Assembly (NCBI RefSeq): GCF_047275885.1
Contig: NZ_CP178454.1
Location: 2,407,817-2,471,816 of the forward strand
Direction: 5' to 3'
DNA length: 64,000 bases
Origin: Anabaena azotica SJ-1
GTDB lineage: Bacteria; Cyanobacteriota; Cyanobacteriia; Cyanobacteriales; Nostocaceae
Positions 53,172 to 62,179 of this stretch are shown here, piece after piece. The translations under genes were made by a program, and so were the position numbers. How positions within the stretch are numbered: position 1 is the first letter of the stretch; each line of letters begins with the position of its first letter. Below the pieces are notes generated by a model. The model was not told the origin of the DNA and made no database searches. It worked only from the letters and a program-made list of their open reading frames with translations.

Positions 53172-54116
53172 TTGAACCAAGCGACACTGCACCAGTTGAA
53201 GGTGTTCGAGGCCGCTGCACGGCACGGTAGCTTTACTCGTGCTGCTGAAGAATTATTTCTCACCCAACCTACCGTTTCTATGCAAATCAAGCAGCTAACA
53301 AAGTCGGTAGGGTTGCCATTATTTGAGCAAGTGGGGAAGCGGTTATTTTTGACGGAAGCGGGACGGGAGTTATTTGCCACTTGTCGCCAGATTTTTGAAA
53401 CTATATCCCAGTTTGAAATGACGGTGGCTGATTTAAAAGGTCTGAAACAAGGGCAATTACGCTTGGCAGTAATTACCACCGCAAAATATATTATTCCGCG
53501 TTTGTTGGGTCCGTTTTGCCAACTTTATCCAGGAATTGATATTTCACTGCAAGTTACGAATCATGAACGAATTTTAGAACGAATGATTGGTAACATGGAT
53601 GACTTGTATATTATGAGTCAAGTACCAGATCATGTAGATGTCAATTTTGAAGCATTTTTAGAAAATCCTTTGGTGGTTTTTGCACCTGCTAATCATCCTT
53701 TGGCACAGGAAAAAAATATTCCCATTGAACAGTTGGCAAATGAACCGTTTATTATGCGTGAACCAGGCTCAGGTACACGTCGTGCTGTGCAGTCTCTTTT
53801 AGATGAACATGGCCTCAAGGTGAAAGTAAAGCTGGAATTAGGGAGTAATGAAGCGATTAAACAAGCAATAGCTGGAGGGCTGGGAATTTCGGTTTTATCT
53901 CGTCATACTTTATTGACTGATGCTCACGAGTTCAGTATTTTGGATGTGCAGCATTTTCCCATTAAGCGGACTTGGTATATAGCTCACCCAGCAGGTAAGC
54001 AGTTATCTATTGTCGCTCGCACTTATTATCAATATCTGCTAGAGGCGGCAAAGAAGATAGTGGAGCTAGAAGATATTTCTCTTCCAACTACTCCTGTTCC
54101 TAAACTTCCAGAATAA
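53172..54116 (+). CDS. LysR-family transcriptional regulator, a candidate CcmR/NdhR/CmpR-type CCM regulator.
   Basis: N-terminal wHTH (LHQLKVFEAAARHGSFTRAAEELFLTQPTVSMQIKQLT) plus the LysR substrate-binding domain. The role is inferred only from adjacency to the ccm and ndhF3 operons. Confidence 0.8.
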   Translation: MNQATLHQLKVFEAAARHGSFTRAAEELFLTQPTVSMQIKQLTKSVGLPLFEQVGKRLFLTEAGRELFATCRQIFETISQFEMTVADLKGLKQGQLRLAVITTAKYIIPRLLGPFCQLYPGIDISLQVTNHERILERMIGNMDDLYIMSQVPDHVDVNFEAFLENPLVVFAPANHPLAQEKNIPIEQLANEPFIMREPGSGTRRAVQSLLDEHGLKVKVKLELGSNEAIKQAIAGGLGISVLSRHTLLTDAHEFSILDVQHFPIKRTWYIAHPAGKQLSIVARTYYQYLLEAAKKIVELEDISLPTTPVPKLPE

Positions 54117-54428
54117 ATTTTTAACTGGAATTTTACCGAAAAAATGGGTTTGATGTTCCCCGTCCGGAGACGGCTTTCTGATAAAATAGTGCAAACAGGC
54201 AGGGCATTGTCTGTTGGGCGAGATAGTGTAAGACGGTATGAAACTGCAACTTTTGTTTGAAAGAAAGAATATCCGCGCTTTTAAGGCGGGGAGTATGTCA
54301 AAAAGCTTATCGATAAAACCGGAAATCATTGACAATTGACCAGCATAACCATTAGATCAGGTAACAGGTGTCAGTAATAACTGGTATCTGATAAATGTTA
54401 ACTGATATCTGATAAAAATGGGGGAAAA

Positions 54429-56063
54429 TTGGTAATGACTAACCCGGAATTATCATCTTGGTGCAGAACAGTACAAAGCAAGATTATTGCTGTCACAGTC
54501 TATGGTGACAAAGCTTTAGTGACGAGACGAGGTGTAATCTCTTTAACGGGAGAAGAACGGGAGTTATTGATTACACCATTACCTGTAACTCTGGAAACGG
54601 AGTCTGTGAGGGTAAGCGGTACTGGTACGGTAGGAGTGCGGTTGCTGGGAGTAAGCAGCGATCGCATTTATACTACTGAACCAGTGGCAGAAAGAGTAGC
54701 ACAGTTGACGAGACAAATTCAGCAACTAGAAGCAGAAAAACGCCATCTGCAAGCCCAAATAGATGCTTTAGCATTACAATCTAATTTTATTGCTGGGTTG
54801 GGAGATAAGACAGAAGAACCCTTTGCTCAGAGCCTGTCGCGGAAAAATCTGAGCTTGAGCGAAACGCTGGATTTTCTCAACTTTATTGGTAGTCAGTATA
54901 GCGAATATGCGATCGCCTCTGGAGAATGTAAAACTCAACAACATGAGTTAGATAAACAATTACAATCACTCCGTAGCGCCTTACAAAAAATCCAAACACC
55001 CCAACCCAAAGAAAGCTTAAACGTGATTGTGGGCGTAGAAGTTGGTGGTGAAGGTGAGTTTCAACTAGAAATATCCTATCTAGTAAATCATGCCAGTTGG
55101 AAACCCCTTTATGATTTACGGGTTGATAGTATCAATAATATCCTACATCTAAGTTACCTAGCAGAAATTACCCAAACTACAGGAGAAGATTGGTTAGATG
55201 TAGCTTTAACTCTTTCTACCGCTAAACCGGGATTAGGTACACTTCCACCTAAGCTGAAAACTTGGTATATCGACACTCCACATATTCGCGCTAACGATAC
55301 CCTTACTGTTCAACGTTCTATGTCTCCTCCTCCTGCAATGGCTGTGCTTTTACCCGCACCTAGCAGTATGTCAAAGAAAATACAAGAGGAAGATGAAGAA
55401 AGTTTTATTGAAGCAAAAACAGTTATCACAGAAGTATCTAAACAAGGCAGTGTAGTTACTTTTAAGCTTAATAGTGGTGGTAACATTCCCAGTGATGGCG
55501 CACCTCATAAAACCACAATTTTTCAAGATGATTATCCTTGTAAATTCAATTATGTAGTCATGCCACGCTTAGTTAGCTTTGCTTATTTGCAAGCTAATGT
55601 GAAAAATAATTCTGATGGTACAACTTTGTTACCAGGAAAAGCAAATATTTTTCGGGATACTATTTTTGTCGGTGCAACTCAATTAGAAAATATCGCCCCC
55701 GGACAGGAATTTAAAATTAATTTAGGTATAGATGAAGGCTTAAAAATAGAACGTGATTTAGTTGAACGTCAAGTTGATAAAAAACTGATGAGCAGCCAAC
55801 GCCGCGTTACCTATGCTTATCGAATCGTAATTACTAACTTATTAAATCAAGAAATAAATTTACAATTAACAGATCAATTACCTGTGAGTCGCAATGAACA
55901 AATTAAGGTGCGGCTAACTCGTTCTCAGCCACAAATTCAGTTAAGTGAAATGGGTATTTTGGAGTGGGATATTGTGTTAGCAGCGCAGGAACAGCAGGAG
56001 GTATATTATCAGTTTACTGTTGAGCATCCGCCGGAGTTAACAGTGTTAGGGTTGGATATTTAA
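54429..56063 (+). CDS. DUF4139 (MuiA-like) family protein with a central coiled coil.
   Basis: N-terminal beta-rich region, coiled coil (QLTRQIQQLEAEKRHLQAQIDAL), and a long C-terminal domain. The family call has moderate reliability. Confidence 0.45.
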   Translation: MVMTNPELSSWCRTVQSKIIAVTVYGDKALVTRRGVISLTGEERELLITPLPVTLETESVRVSGTGTVGVRLLGVSSDRIYTTEPVAERVAQLTRQIQQLEAEKRHLQAQIDALALQSNFIAGLGDKTEEPFAQSLSRKNLSLSETLDFLNFIGSQYSEYAIASGECKTQQHELDKQLQSLRSALQKIQTPQPKESLNVIVGVEVGGEGEFQLEISYLVNHASWKPLYDLRVDSINNILHLSYLAEITQTTGEDWLDVALTLSTAKPGLGTLPPKLKTWYIDTPHIRANDTLTVQRSMSPPPAMAVLLPAPSSMSKKIQEEDEESFIEAKTVITEVSKQGSVVTFKLNSGGNIPSDGAPHKTTIFQDDYPCKFNYVVMPRLVSFAYLQANVKNNSDGTTLLPGKANIFRDTIFVGATQLENIAPGQEFKINLGIDEGLKIERDLVERQVDKKLMSSQRRVTYAYRIVITNLLNQEINLQLTDQLPVSRNEQIKVRLTRSQPQIQLSEMGILEWDIVLAAQEQQEVYYQFTVEHPPELTVLGLDI

Positions 56064-56159
56064 ACCATATAGCAGGAGTCAGGCGTTTTGTGGTTCATTA
56101 TCAGGATATGCTGGTACAGCATCTTCATAAAATTATAGCTATGATATTTTTAGTGAAGA

Positions 56160-56399
56160 TTGCTAAGGATAAAAACAATGATACAGCCAGCTATTTTAGA
56201 GAAATTAGAAGAACTGCCTGAGTCTCTGCAAACAGAAGTGCTGCATTACATTGAATTCTTAATAGAAAAGCAGACTAAAACCCAAGAACAGCCAGCAAAA
56301 AAACGCCGTGTTGCAGGAACAATGAAAGCAATGTTTGTTCTCCCACTTCCTGATGATTTTGATCAGCCACTTGAGGATATGAAAGAATACATGGAATGA
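56160..56399 (+). CDS. Type II antitoxin (VapB-like, DUF2281-type).
   Basis: 79 aa. Its stop overlaps the start of the downstream PIN gene (ATGA). Confidence 0.6.
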   Translation: MLRIKTMIQPAILEKLEELPESLQTEVLHYIEFLIEKQTKTQEQPAKKRRVAGTMKAMFVLPLPDDFDQPLEDMKEYME

Positions 56400-56782
56400 A
56401 TAGATTACTATTAGATACTCATACTTTGATATGGTTTGTTACCAATGATGCAAACCTACCAGTTTCAACTAGAGAAATGATTGAATCTGCTGAAACTGTT
56501 TTTTTCAGCATTGCCAGTCTTTGGGAGATAGCAATTAAAATAAATATTGGAAAACTAACTCTACAGGGCAATTTTGAAGATATTGAACCTCAACTGATGG
56601 CTACGGGTATAACGATTCTCCCCGTTACATTTAATGATACTGTTCAATTCCGTTATTTACCTCTGCATCACCGTGACCCTTTTGATCGGATTCTCGTTGT
56701 ACAAGCAATAAATAATTCCCTTGTGTTAATTAGTCGTGATGTGGTTTTTGATGCCTATTCTATTCAGAGGGTGTGGTCGTGA
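56396..56782 (+). CDS. vapC: PIN-domain toxin VapC.
   Basis: LLDTHTLIW...the acidic PIN residues (D7, E, D at ISRD), 128 aa. Confidence 0.8.
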   Translation: MNRLLLDTHTLIWFVTNDANLPVSTREMIESAETVFFSIASLWEIAIKINIGKLTLQGNFEDIEPQLMATGITILPVTFNDTVQFRYLPLHHRDPFDRILVVQAINNSLVLISRDVVFDAYSIQRVWS

Positions 56783-56950
56783 AGCCAAGTAAATAAGGAA
56801 AGAGGGTTTAAAAGAAATTTTGCGTAAGTCCTGAATCCTTACTAAGTTTCCTATCAAGACAAGTAACAATGTATAAAACTCAGTATTACTACTGCAATTT
56901 AGATTCTATATGTATTATACTGCATAACATCTAATCAAATTTGTCATTTT

Positions 56951-57331
56951 TTGGAATTTTTATCAATTATGCCAGACGAAAGTATAAGAATTATTACTGA
57001 TGAAATACAAAACGTTTCTGAAACTAGTGGTGAAAAAGCTGCTTGGGATATAGGTAGCAATTGGAATATAGAGGTAAAAACTAAAGCATTGCCTAAAAAT
57101 GCGGCTGATGTTAGTATTTCCAAGCTTGAGCAAGAAATGACTCGCTTTATGCAGGATATAGATGGACTATTTAGCCGTGCAGAAAAACAGGCTGATATGA
57201 AATATATGCAGCTAGATGAAATTGAGTTAGCAGTAGAAATCAATGGTGAGGGACAAGTAAGTTTATTTGGCGCTGGAGCAAAAATTGGTGGAAAACAAGG
57301 TATAACATTGCGGTTTAAACGGCGAGCGTAG
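56951..57331 (+). CDS. Small Gly-rich protein resembling peptidase/trypsin-co-occurring (Trypco/Pepco-type) partner domains.
   Basis: The C-terminal segment IELAVEINGEGQVSLFGAGAKIGGKQGITLRFKRR is a beta-hairpin Gly-rich pattern. It ends 8 nt before the caspase gene. The start may be ATG 56969. Confidence 0.5.
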   Translation: MEFLSIMPDESIRIITDEIQNVSETSGEKAAWDIGSNWNIEVKTKALPKNAADVSISKLEQEMTRFMQDIDGLFSRAEKQADMKYMQLDEIELAVEINGEGQVSLFGAGAKIGGKQGITLRFKRRA

Positions 57332-57338
57332 ATTTAAT

Positions 57339-58958
57339 ATGCCAAAAAATTGGGCGATCGCAATTGGGATTAACCGATATGAGTTTTTGCAACCGCTAAA
57401 CTATGCCAAGCGGGATGCTGAGGTGATGCAGCAATTTTTTGCTAATGAAGCGGGGTTTAATAGGGTCTTGTTTTTCTCCGATGACTCACCTGATATTGAT
57501 GGTAAATCAACTCGTCCTTCTCTTACTAACCTGCTGCGAATTTTCCGGCAGATGTTTGAAACACCGTTTATGACTGCTGGAGATAACTTCTGGTTTTTCT
57601 TTAGCGGTCATGGTATACGATACGCTGACAGAGATTATTTGATGCCTTGTGACGGTGATCCTGGTGATGTGGAAAAGACAGCTATTGCTATTAGTTATAT
57701 CAGTGAACGTTTGCGTCGCTGTGGTGCTGATAATGTCGTCTTGATATTAGATGCTTGTCGTAATCAGGGTAATCGTTCTGGTGTAGGAATTGGTGATGAA
57801 ACAGCCACACAAGCAAAGCAAACAGGAATTATCAGTATTTTTTCCTGTAGTCCCAATGAATTATCTTATGAAGTAGACACTTTACAACAAGGGACTTTTA
57901 CTTATGCACTTTTAGAAGGTTTAGGTACTCAGGGTAAATGTGCTACAGTGGAGCGACTAAATCAGTATTTGAGCCATCGAGTACCTGAACTTAATCGTCA
58001 ATATGGTAAACCTCGACAAAATCCCTATACCATTGCTGAACCAGTCACAAAATCTCATCTGATTCTTTTACCGCAGTATGCAACCTTGCACGATATTTCA
58101 ACTCTAAAAAATGATGCTTATCAAGCTGAAGTGAGCAAAAATATAGATTTGGCAGAACAACTTTGGATTCGTGTGTTAGCTGTAGCATCAGGTCAAGATT
58201 TAGAAGCTATAAAATCACTACAAAGAATTGAAAGAGTGCGGATAGAAAATTCTAAATTACCTTGGACATTAACAACTAAGAATCAAAATCAGGATCAGAT
58301 TTTTGGTGTTAAATCTATTTACTCTATAATATCTAGTAAACCTAAGCCCTCCACAGCTAAAATATTCTTCACTTTATATCAAAGTATAGGAGTTCTAGTA
58401 GTATTAAGTTCAATATTTGTCTTGTTTTCCATCAGAGAAAAATTTGTGATACTGAATTCTAAAATACATCCTTCTCCGAGTCCATCAATTACTGAGACAT
58501 CTGTGTTGAGAAAAACCCAAGATAAAATTCAAGTTTCTCCAAATTCATCGACTAACCAAGAAAATTCGTCAGCATCTTCAAGTGGTTTTTTCTATTGTGG
58601 TGTAATTAATAATACACCAGCAACTATATATCAATCTTCCACCGGTAATGAATTAGCATTTATTCTTTGGGTTTCTACATATTTTAATGATTCTGGAAAT
58701 ACTCCTCAAAAACGCTGTCAAGAAGTATCAAGTCGGTTTCAAAGGTTACAAAGTAATGGAACACTAAATTATATAGTTCCTGGATATTTAGATGGATACC
58801 AGGCTTTGTGTGCCTCTAAAACTTCTAATAATCCAATTATGGAATGCAGACCAGACAATTTGATAATGTTACTAAGACCATCTGATAACCCTACCGAAAT
58901 TATTAATAATATGACTAAATTAAATAACAACATCAGTTCAAAACCAATTAAATTATAG
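57339..58958 (+). CDS. Orthocaspase (C14 peptidase) fused to a TM segment and a Cys-containing C-terminal domain (COP23-like?).
   Basis: Caspase His (FFFSGHG) and Cys (ILDACRNQG) dyad regions. A TM helix (IFFTLYQSIGVLVVLSSIFVLFSI). The tail carries motifs FYCGV, RCQEVSSRFQ and CRPDNLIMLL. Confidence 0.8.
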   Translation: MPKNWAIAIGINRYEFLQPLNYAKRDAEVMQQFFANEAGFNRVLFFSDDSPDIDGKSTRPSLTNLLRIFRQMFETPFMTAGDNFWFFFSGHGIRYADRDYLMPCDGDPGDVEKTAIAISYISERLRRCGADNVVLILDACRNQGNRSGVGIGDETATQAKQTGIISIFSCSPNELSYEVDTLQQGTFTYALLEGLGTQGKCATVERLNQYLSHRVPELNRQYGKPRQNPYTIAEPVTKSHLILLPQYATLHDISTLKNDAYQAEVSKNIDLAEQLWIRVLAVASGQDLEAIKSLQRIERVRIENSKLPWTLTTKNQNQDQIFGVKSIYSIISSKPKPSTAKIFFTLYQSIGVLVVLSSIFVLFSIREKFVILNSKIHPSPSPSITETSVLRKTQDKIQVSPNSSTNQENSSASSSGFFYCGVINNTPATIYQSSTGNELAFILWVSTYFNDSGNTPQKRCQEVSSRFQRLQSNGTLNYIVPGYLDGYQALCASKTSNNPIMECRPDNLIMLLRPSDNPTEIINNMTKLNNNISSKPIKL

Positions 58959-59108
58959 AACAGATTCTGATATAGATAAGCTTTAAAATTTGCACTAAAA
59001 AAAGGATAAATAATTGTATTATATGATTTAAAAAATATAGCTGATACATACTTTGTTTTTCAGATGATTAATATATAAGTACAGATACTATTTTCATGAT
59101 TTCTCAAC

Positions 59109-59555
59109 TCAATCACCAAGAAAATTCTGATCTAATATTTGCTCTATTGTAAAATGACAAGATGTAGGAAATGTAGAAACTGGTAAACCTGTTTCCTCAC
59201 TGGCTTCCATTACAGCACGAGGATAACATTGAGTGAGGAGTTCTGTTAATTGAGGCTTCAAGCTAGGACTATCTTGTAATGCTTCTTCGATTTCAAAACG
59301 ATTGTCTCTGATAGTGATTTGCCAACTTTTAGAACGCTTCTCAGGTTGATATTGCCATTTAAGTAAGTGCATGACAATTAATCTTAAATAGCTTCGCAAG
59401 GCTTTCTTTTCACTCCGTCCTAAAGTTTCAAGTTCCTCAATTAAATTTTCAATATCTACAGCTTGAAATTGATGCTCTCGTAATTTTTCTATGGTAGTTT
59501 CAAGCCATAGAGAATAATCTTGATCGTATAATGTTGCTTGAGTTTGAAGTTTCAT
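59109..59555 (-). CDS. DUF29 family protein (copy 4).
   Basis: LYDQDYSLWLE...LLKWQYQPEKRSKSWQITIRDNR core. Confidence 0.7.
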   Translation of the reverse strand: MKLQTQATLYDQDYSLWLETTIEKLREHQFQAVDIENLIEELETLGRSEKKALRSYLRLIVMHLLKWQYQPEKRSKSWQITIRDNRFEIEEALQDSPSLKPQLTELLTQCYPRAVMEASEETGLPVSTFPTSCHFTIEQILDQNFLGD

Positions 59556-59761
59556 GGCTTTTTATACTGTAAAATCTAGCATTTCTCCAGCCTTAATCCT
59601 ATTCTACAATCATCATCTCAATCTTTTAAATTTCGGTATGTTATGACGTTAGTTTATATGTAGTAGGTATCATTGGTCATAAGTAAAAAAAAAGAGCCAA
59701 TAACCAATGGCTACAGATTGGTAATTTCTGCTAAATATTTTTCAAATAAACAAATTCACAC

Positions 59762-60337
59762 TCAGCTTTGATAATCTGAAGAGAAAGCGTTTTTTCTCAT
59801 ACTTATGAATTTGTTGATACTGCCAATTTCTAATAAAGCAGAGCGCCAATCCCAAAAATCAGGAGCGCGATAGATAAAATAGCTAATTAAAAATGGACGC
59901 GCCAAAAATACAAAACTAATGGGAATTGTATCTCTAAACAGTTCTCTTTTTTGATTTAAGTGATTTAAGATGTGCGGTACTTTAGTTAAATTAGTAAATT
60001 TATCTTCTGTAATTTGTCCAAAATTTTCTTTTTCATATTGATAGAGTGAATGTTCTAAACCTGTAATTAATAAAACATCAAATGGTTGATTAATATAAAG
60101 CTCAAGCACTCTTTCATATAAAGTATCTATTGGCTCTATTAAACGCAAAACTTCGACTTTCTTATTTGGCAAATCATGGATTATTTTGGTAATTATTTTT
60201 TCATCGTCTGAAGGTTTAGACTGGACAAAATATAAGCCAAATTTTCTGTTGCGCGTCAGATGGCTAATTAAGTCTTGATATTCTTCTTTTTCATCAGGGA
60301 GTAAGTCTTCATCCAAATGGCTATAATTTTTCATCAT
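59762..60337 (-). CDS. Uncharacterised alpha/beta-type 'domain X' protein, translationally coupled to the upstream NTPase.
   Basis: 191 aa. It is paralogous to the N-terminal ~170 aa of the TPR protein at 62180..63751 (shared blocks GLYFVQ, VLRL.EP.D.LY, D.LLI.GLE.SLY.YEK.NFG.ITE, VP.ILNHLNQ.RE.FRD, RAPDF.DWRS). Confidence 0.7.
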   Translation of the reverse strand: MMKNYSHLDEDLLPDEKEEYQDLISHLTRNRKFGLYFVQSKPSDDEKIITKIIHDLPNKKVEVLRLIEPIDTLYERVLELYINQPFDVLLITGLEHSLYQYEKENFGQITEDKFTNLTKVPHILNHLNQKRELFRDTIPISFVFLARPFLISYFIYRAPDFWDWRSALLEIGSINKFISMRKNAFSSDYQS

Positions 60338-61659
60338 GGAAGTTTTTCTATAGCTTCTTTAAATTCCTGAATACCTTGAATAAGTGGGTGAATATCGTAC
60401 CAGCGTTGCATTTCCCCTTCTTCATCCAAGTACCGATACTCTAACAGACAGCGATTAAACATCAAACTCCGATACTGATCATCGTTAATTATCCGCTTAG
60501 AACGGGATACTTCTGCTAACAAACTCCATTGATGGTTTTCTACAGCACGGCGATAGGTGTCTCTAGCTTGCGTAATGGCGCGTCGAACTGCTCTTTGGGA
60601 AATTGGCAAATCTTGAGTGCGTCCAATCGCATCCTGAGTTAACAATAACAAATTTCTGACATGACCTCCACTCATTAAACAAAGTTGTTCTAGGGTTTCT
60701 GGACTGTCAAATATTGCGGTTTCTATAGGTTTATCGGTCGAAAACTGTTTAATTCGCCGCGAAATCACTTCTTTAACTTTATTTATTCCAGGTTGATAAA
60801 TTTCACCTTTGGGAGTACGAACCATTACCATTGGTAAAATTTGAGGATCACCGTATATATCACGTAAATCTGTTGCTCTTGTGGAATAGACCATCGCAAT
60901 GGGTACAGTATAAATTAGGTGACAATCTAAAGATTTTAGTTGTTCACACCGATCTAAAAAAACTTCTTCATAATTTGTACGTTCACCATCTTTAACTAAA
61001 ACCATTCGATCTAAGTTGTCAACAATTACCGCTAGTTGATTACAGTTAGCAGGTAGACGCTTTTTGACATCCGCCAGAAACTCATTTAAAACTTTAATTA
61101 AAGTGACAGTATGAGGATTTACTCTTTCTCTAATTTCTTGACGTAGCTCAGGAACGGCTCTTAAATTTGCTGTTAATTTAGCAAACTGACAAATTTGCAG
61201 TTCTACATTCATGTCCTCAATCTGAATTTCCGTTAGTGCCAAGTCTTTTAAATCTTGCCAACGATCTTTAAGCCAATTTAGCACTGGTTTAGGATTACCC
61301 ATTGTTCGTAATTCTTGCAGTAACCGCCGAGTACAAGCAAGCAGAATGTCTGTATATTGGGCATCTTCTGAATCAATATCTTCTTCATCGGCAGCAAAGT
61401 AAACTACATAACATTGTCTTGCTTCTAAATATTCTTTTAATCTCAGTAATTCTGTGGATTTACCTGCGCCTCTATGACCAGAATATAGTTGACAAGTATT
61501 TTGATTTGCTAATTGAATACGATTTCCTAGTTCTTCTAGAATATCTGCATCTCCTCGCACAGCTTGACAGTCTACGTAATTAGGATCACCTGCGGGTAAA
61601 GGCTGAAAAGGGTTAAAAGCATTGTAGAGGTTTTTGAGTAATTCAGAATTATTGGTCAT
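60334..61659 (-). CDS. STAND/ORC-Cdc6-like AAA+ P-loop NTPase without sensor repeats.
   Basis: Walker A (LYSGHRGAGKST), Walker B (LAVIVDNLD), and a Cdc6-like lid/winged-helix region (GGHVRNLLLLTQDAIG...). Its stop overlaps the start of the domain-X gene (ATGA). Confidence 0.75.
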   Translation of the reverse strand: MTNNSELLKNLYNAFNPFQPLPAGDPNYVDCQAVRGDADILEELGNRIQLANQNTCQLYSGHRGAGKSTELLRLKEYLEARQCYVVYFAADEEDIDSEDAQYTDILLACTRRLLQELRTMGNPKPVLNWLKDRWQDLKDLALTEIQIEDMNVELQICQFAKLTANLRAVPELRQEIRERVNPHTVTLIKVLNEFLADVKKRLPANCNQLAVIVDNLDRMVLVKDGERTNYEEVFLDRCEQLKSLDCHLIYTVPIAMVYSTRATDLRDIYGDPQILPMVMVRTPKGEIYQPGINKVKEVISRRIKQFSTDKPIETAIFDSPETLEQLCLMSGGHVRNLLLLTQDAIGRTQDLPISQRAVRRAITQARDTYRRAVENHQWSLLAEVSRSKRIINDDQYRSLMFNRCLLEYRYLDEEGEMQRWYDIHPLIQGIQEFKEAIEKLP

Positions 61660-62008
61660 AGGTAAACAACTTAGGTTCTTGGGTATTAATGAGACTAAAA
61701 AAATAGTAAAAATAAGCAGCGGTAAACAAGCAATTCAATTTTAAGCGAAGAAAGTGAGAATGTCATATAGCAATCTGGTTTTGTTGCTGGAATTACTTAC
61801 GCGGCTAGGGAATAGGGAGGAATTTTTTCAAGAATTAAATAGGAGGCTTATAGGACTTCCAATACCGCTCGGTTAATAGGTTAATATTTTTTGTAGCTTG
61901 GGCTTACCTGAAGGGAGTCCAAAAAGGCTTGTAAATGTTGGGTGATCTCTATGACTTACTTAGTGAAGATTCCTGAAAATAACTAACCTACATGATTTTA
62001 TTTTTTGC

Positions 62009-62119
62009 TAGGACTTACGCAAGTGTCACACCAAACATCTATTTTATGGTGCGTCAGATATCAAATATATGTTTATTTGCAGGATTTACAAAGTCTGACG
62101 CACCCTACTAATATGCTGA
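62009..62119. mobile_element. Third, right-truncated copy of the MITE family, flanked by a 36 bp direct repeat.
   Basis: The left TIR and core are identical to copy A up to ...CTACTAATATG; the right TIR is missing. CTGAAAATAACTAAC(C/T)TACATGATTTTATTTTTTGC is present on both sides. Confidence 0.7.
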
Positions 62120-62179
62120 AAATAACTAACTTACATGATTTTATTTTTTGCGCTTAACCGATAGGTATTGATAGAAATG

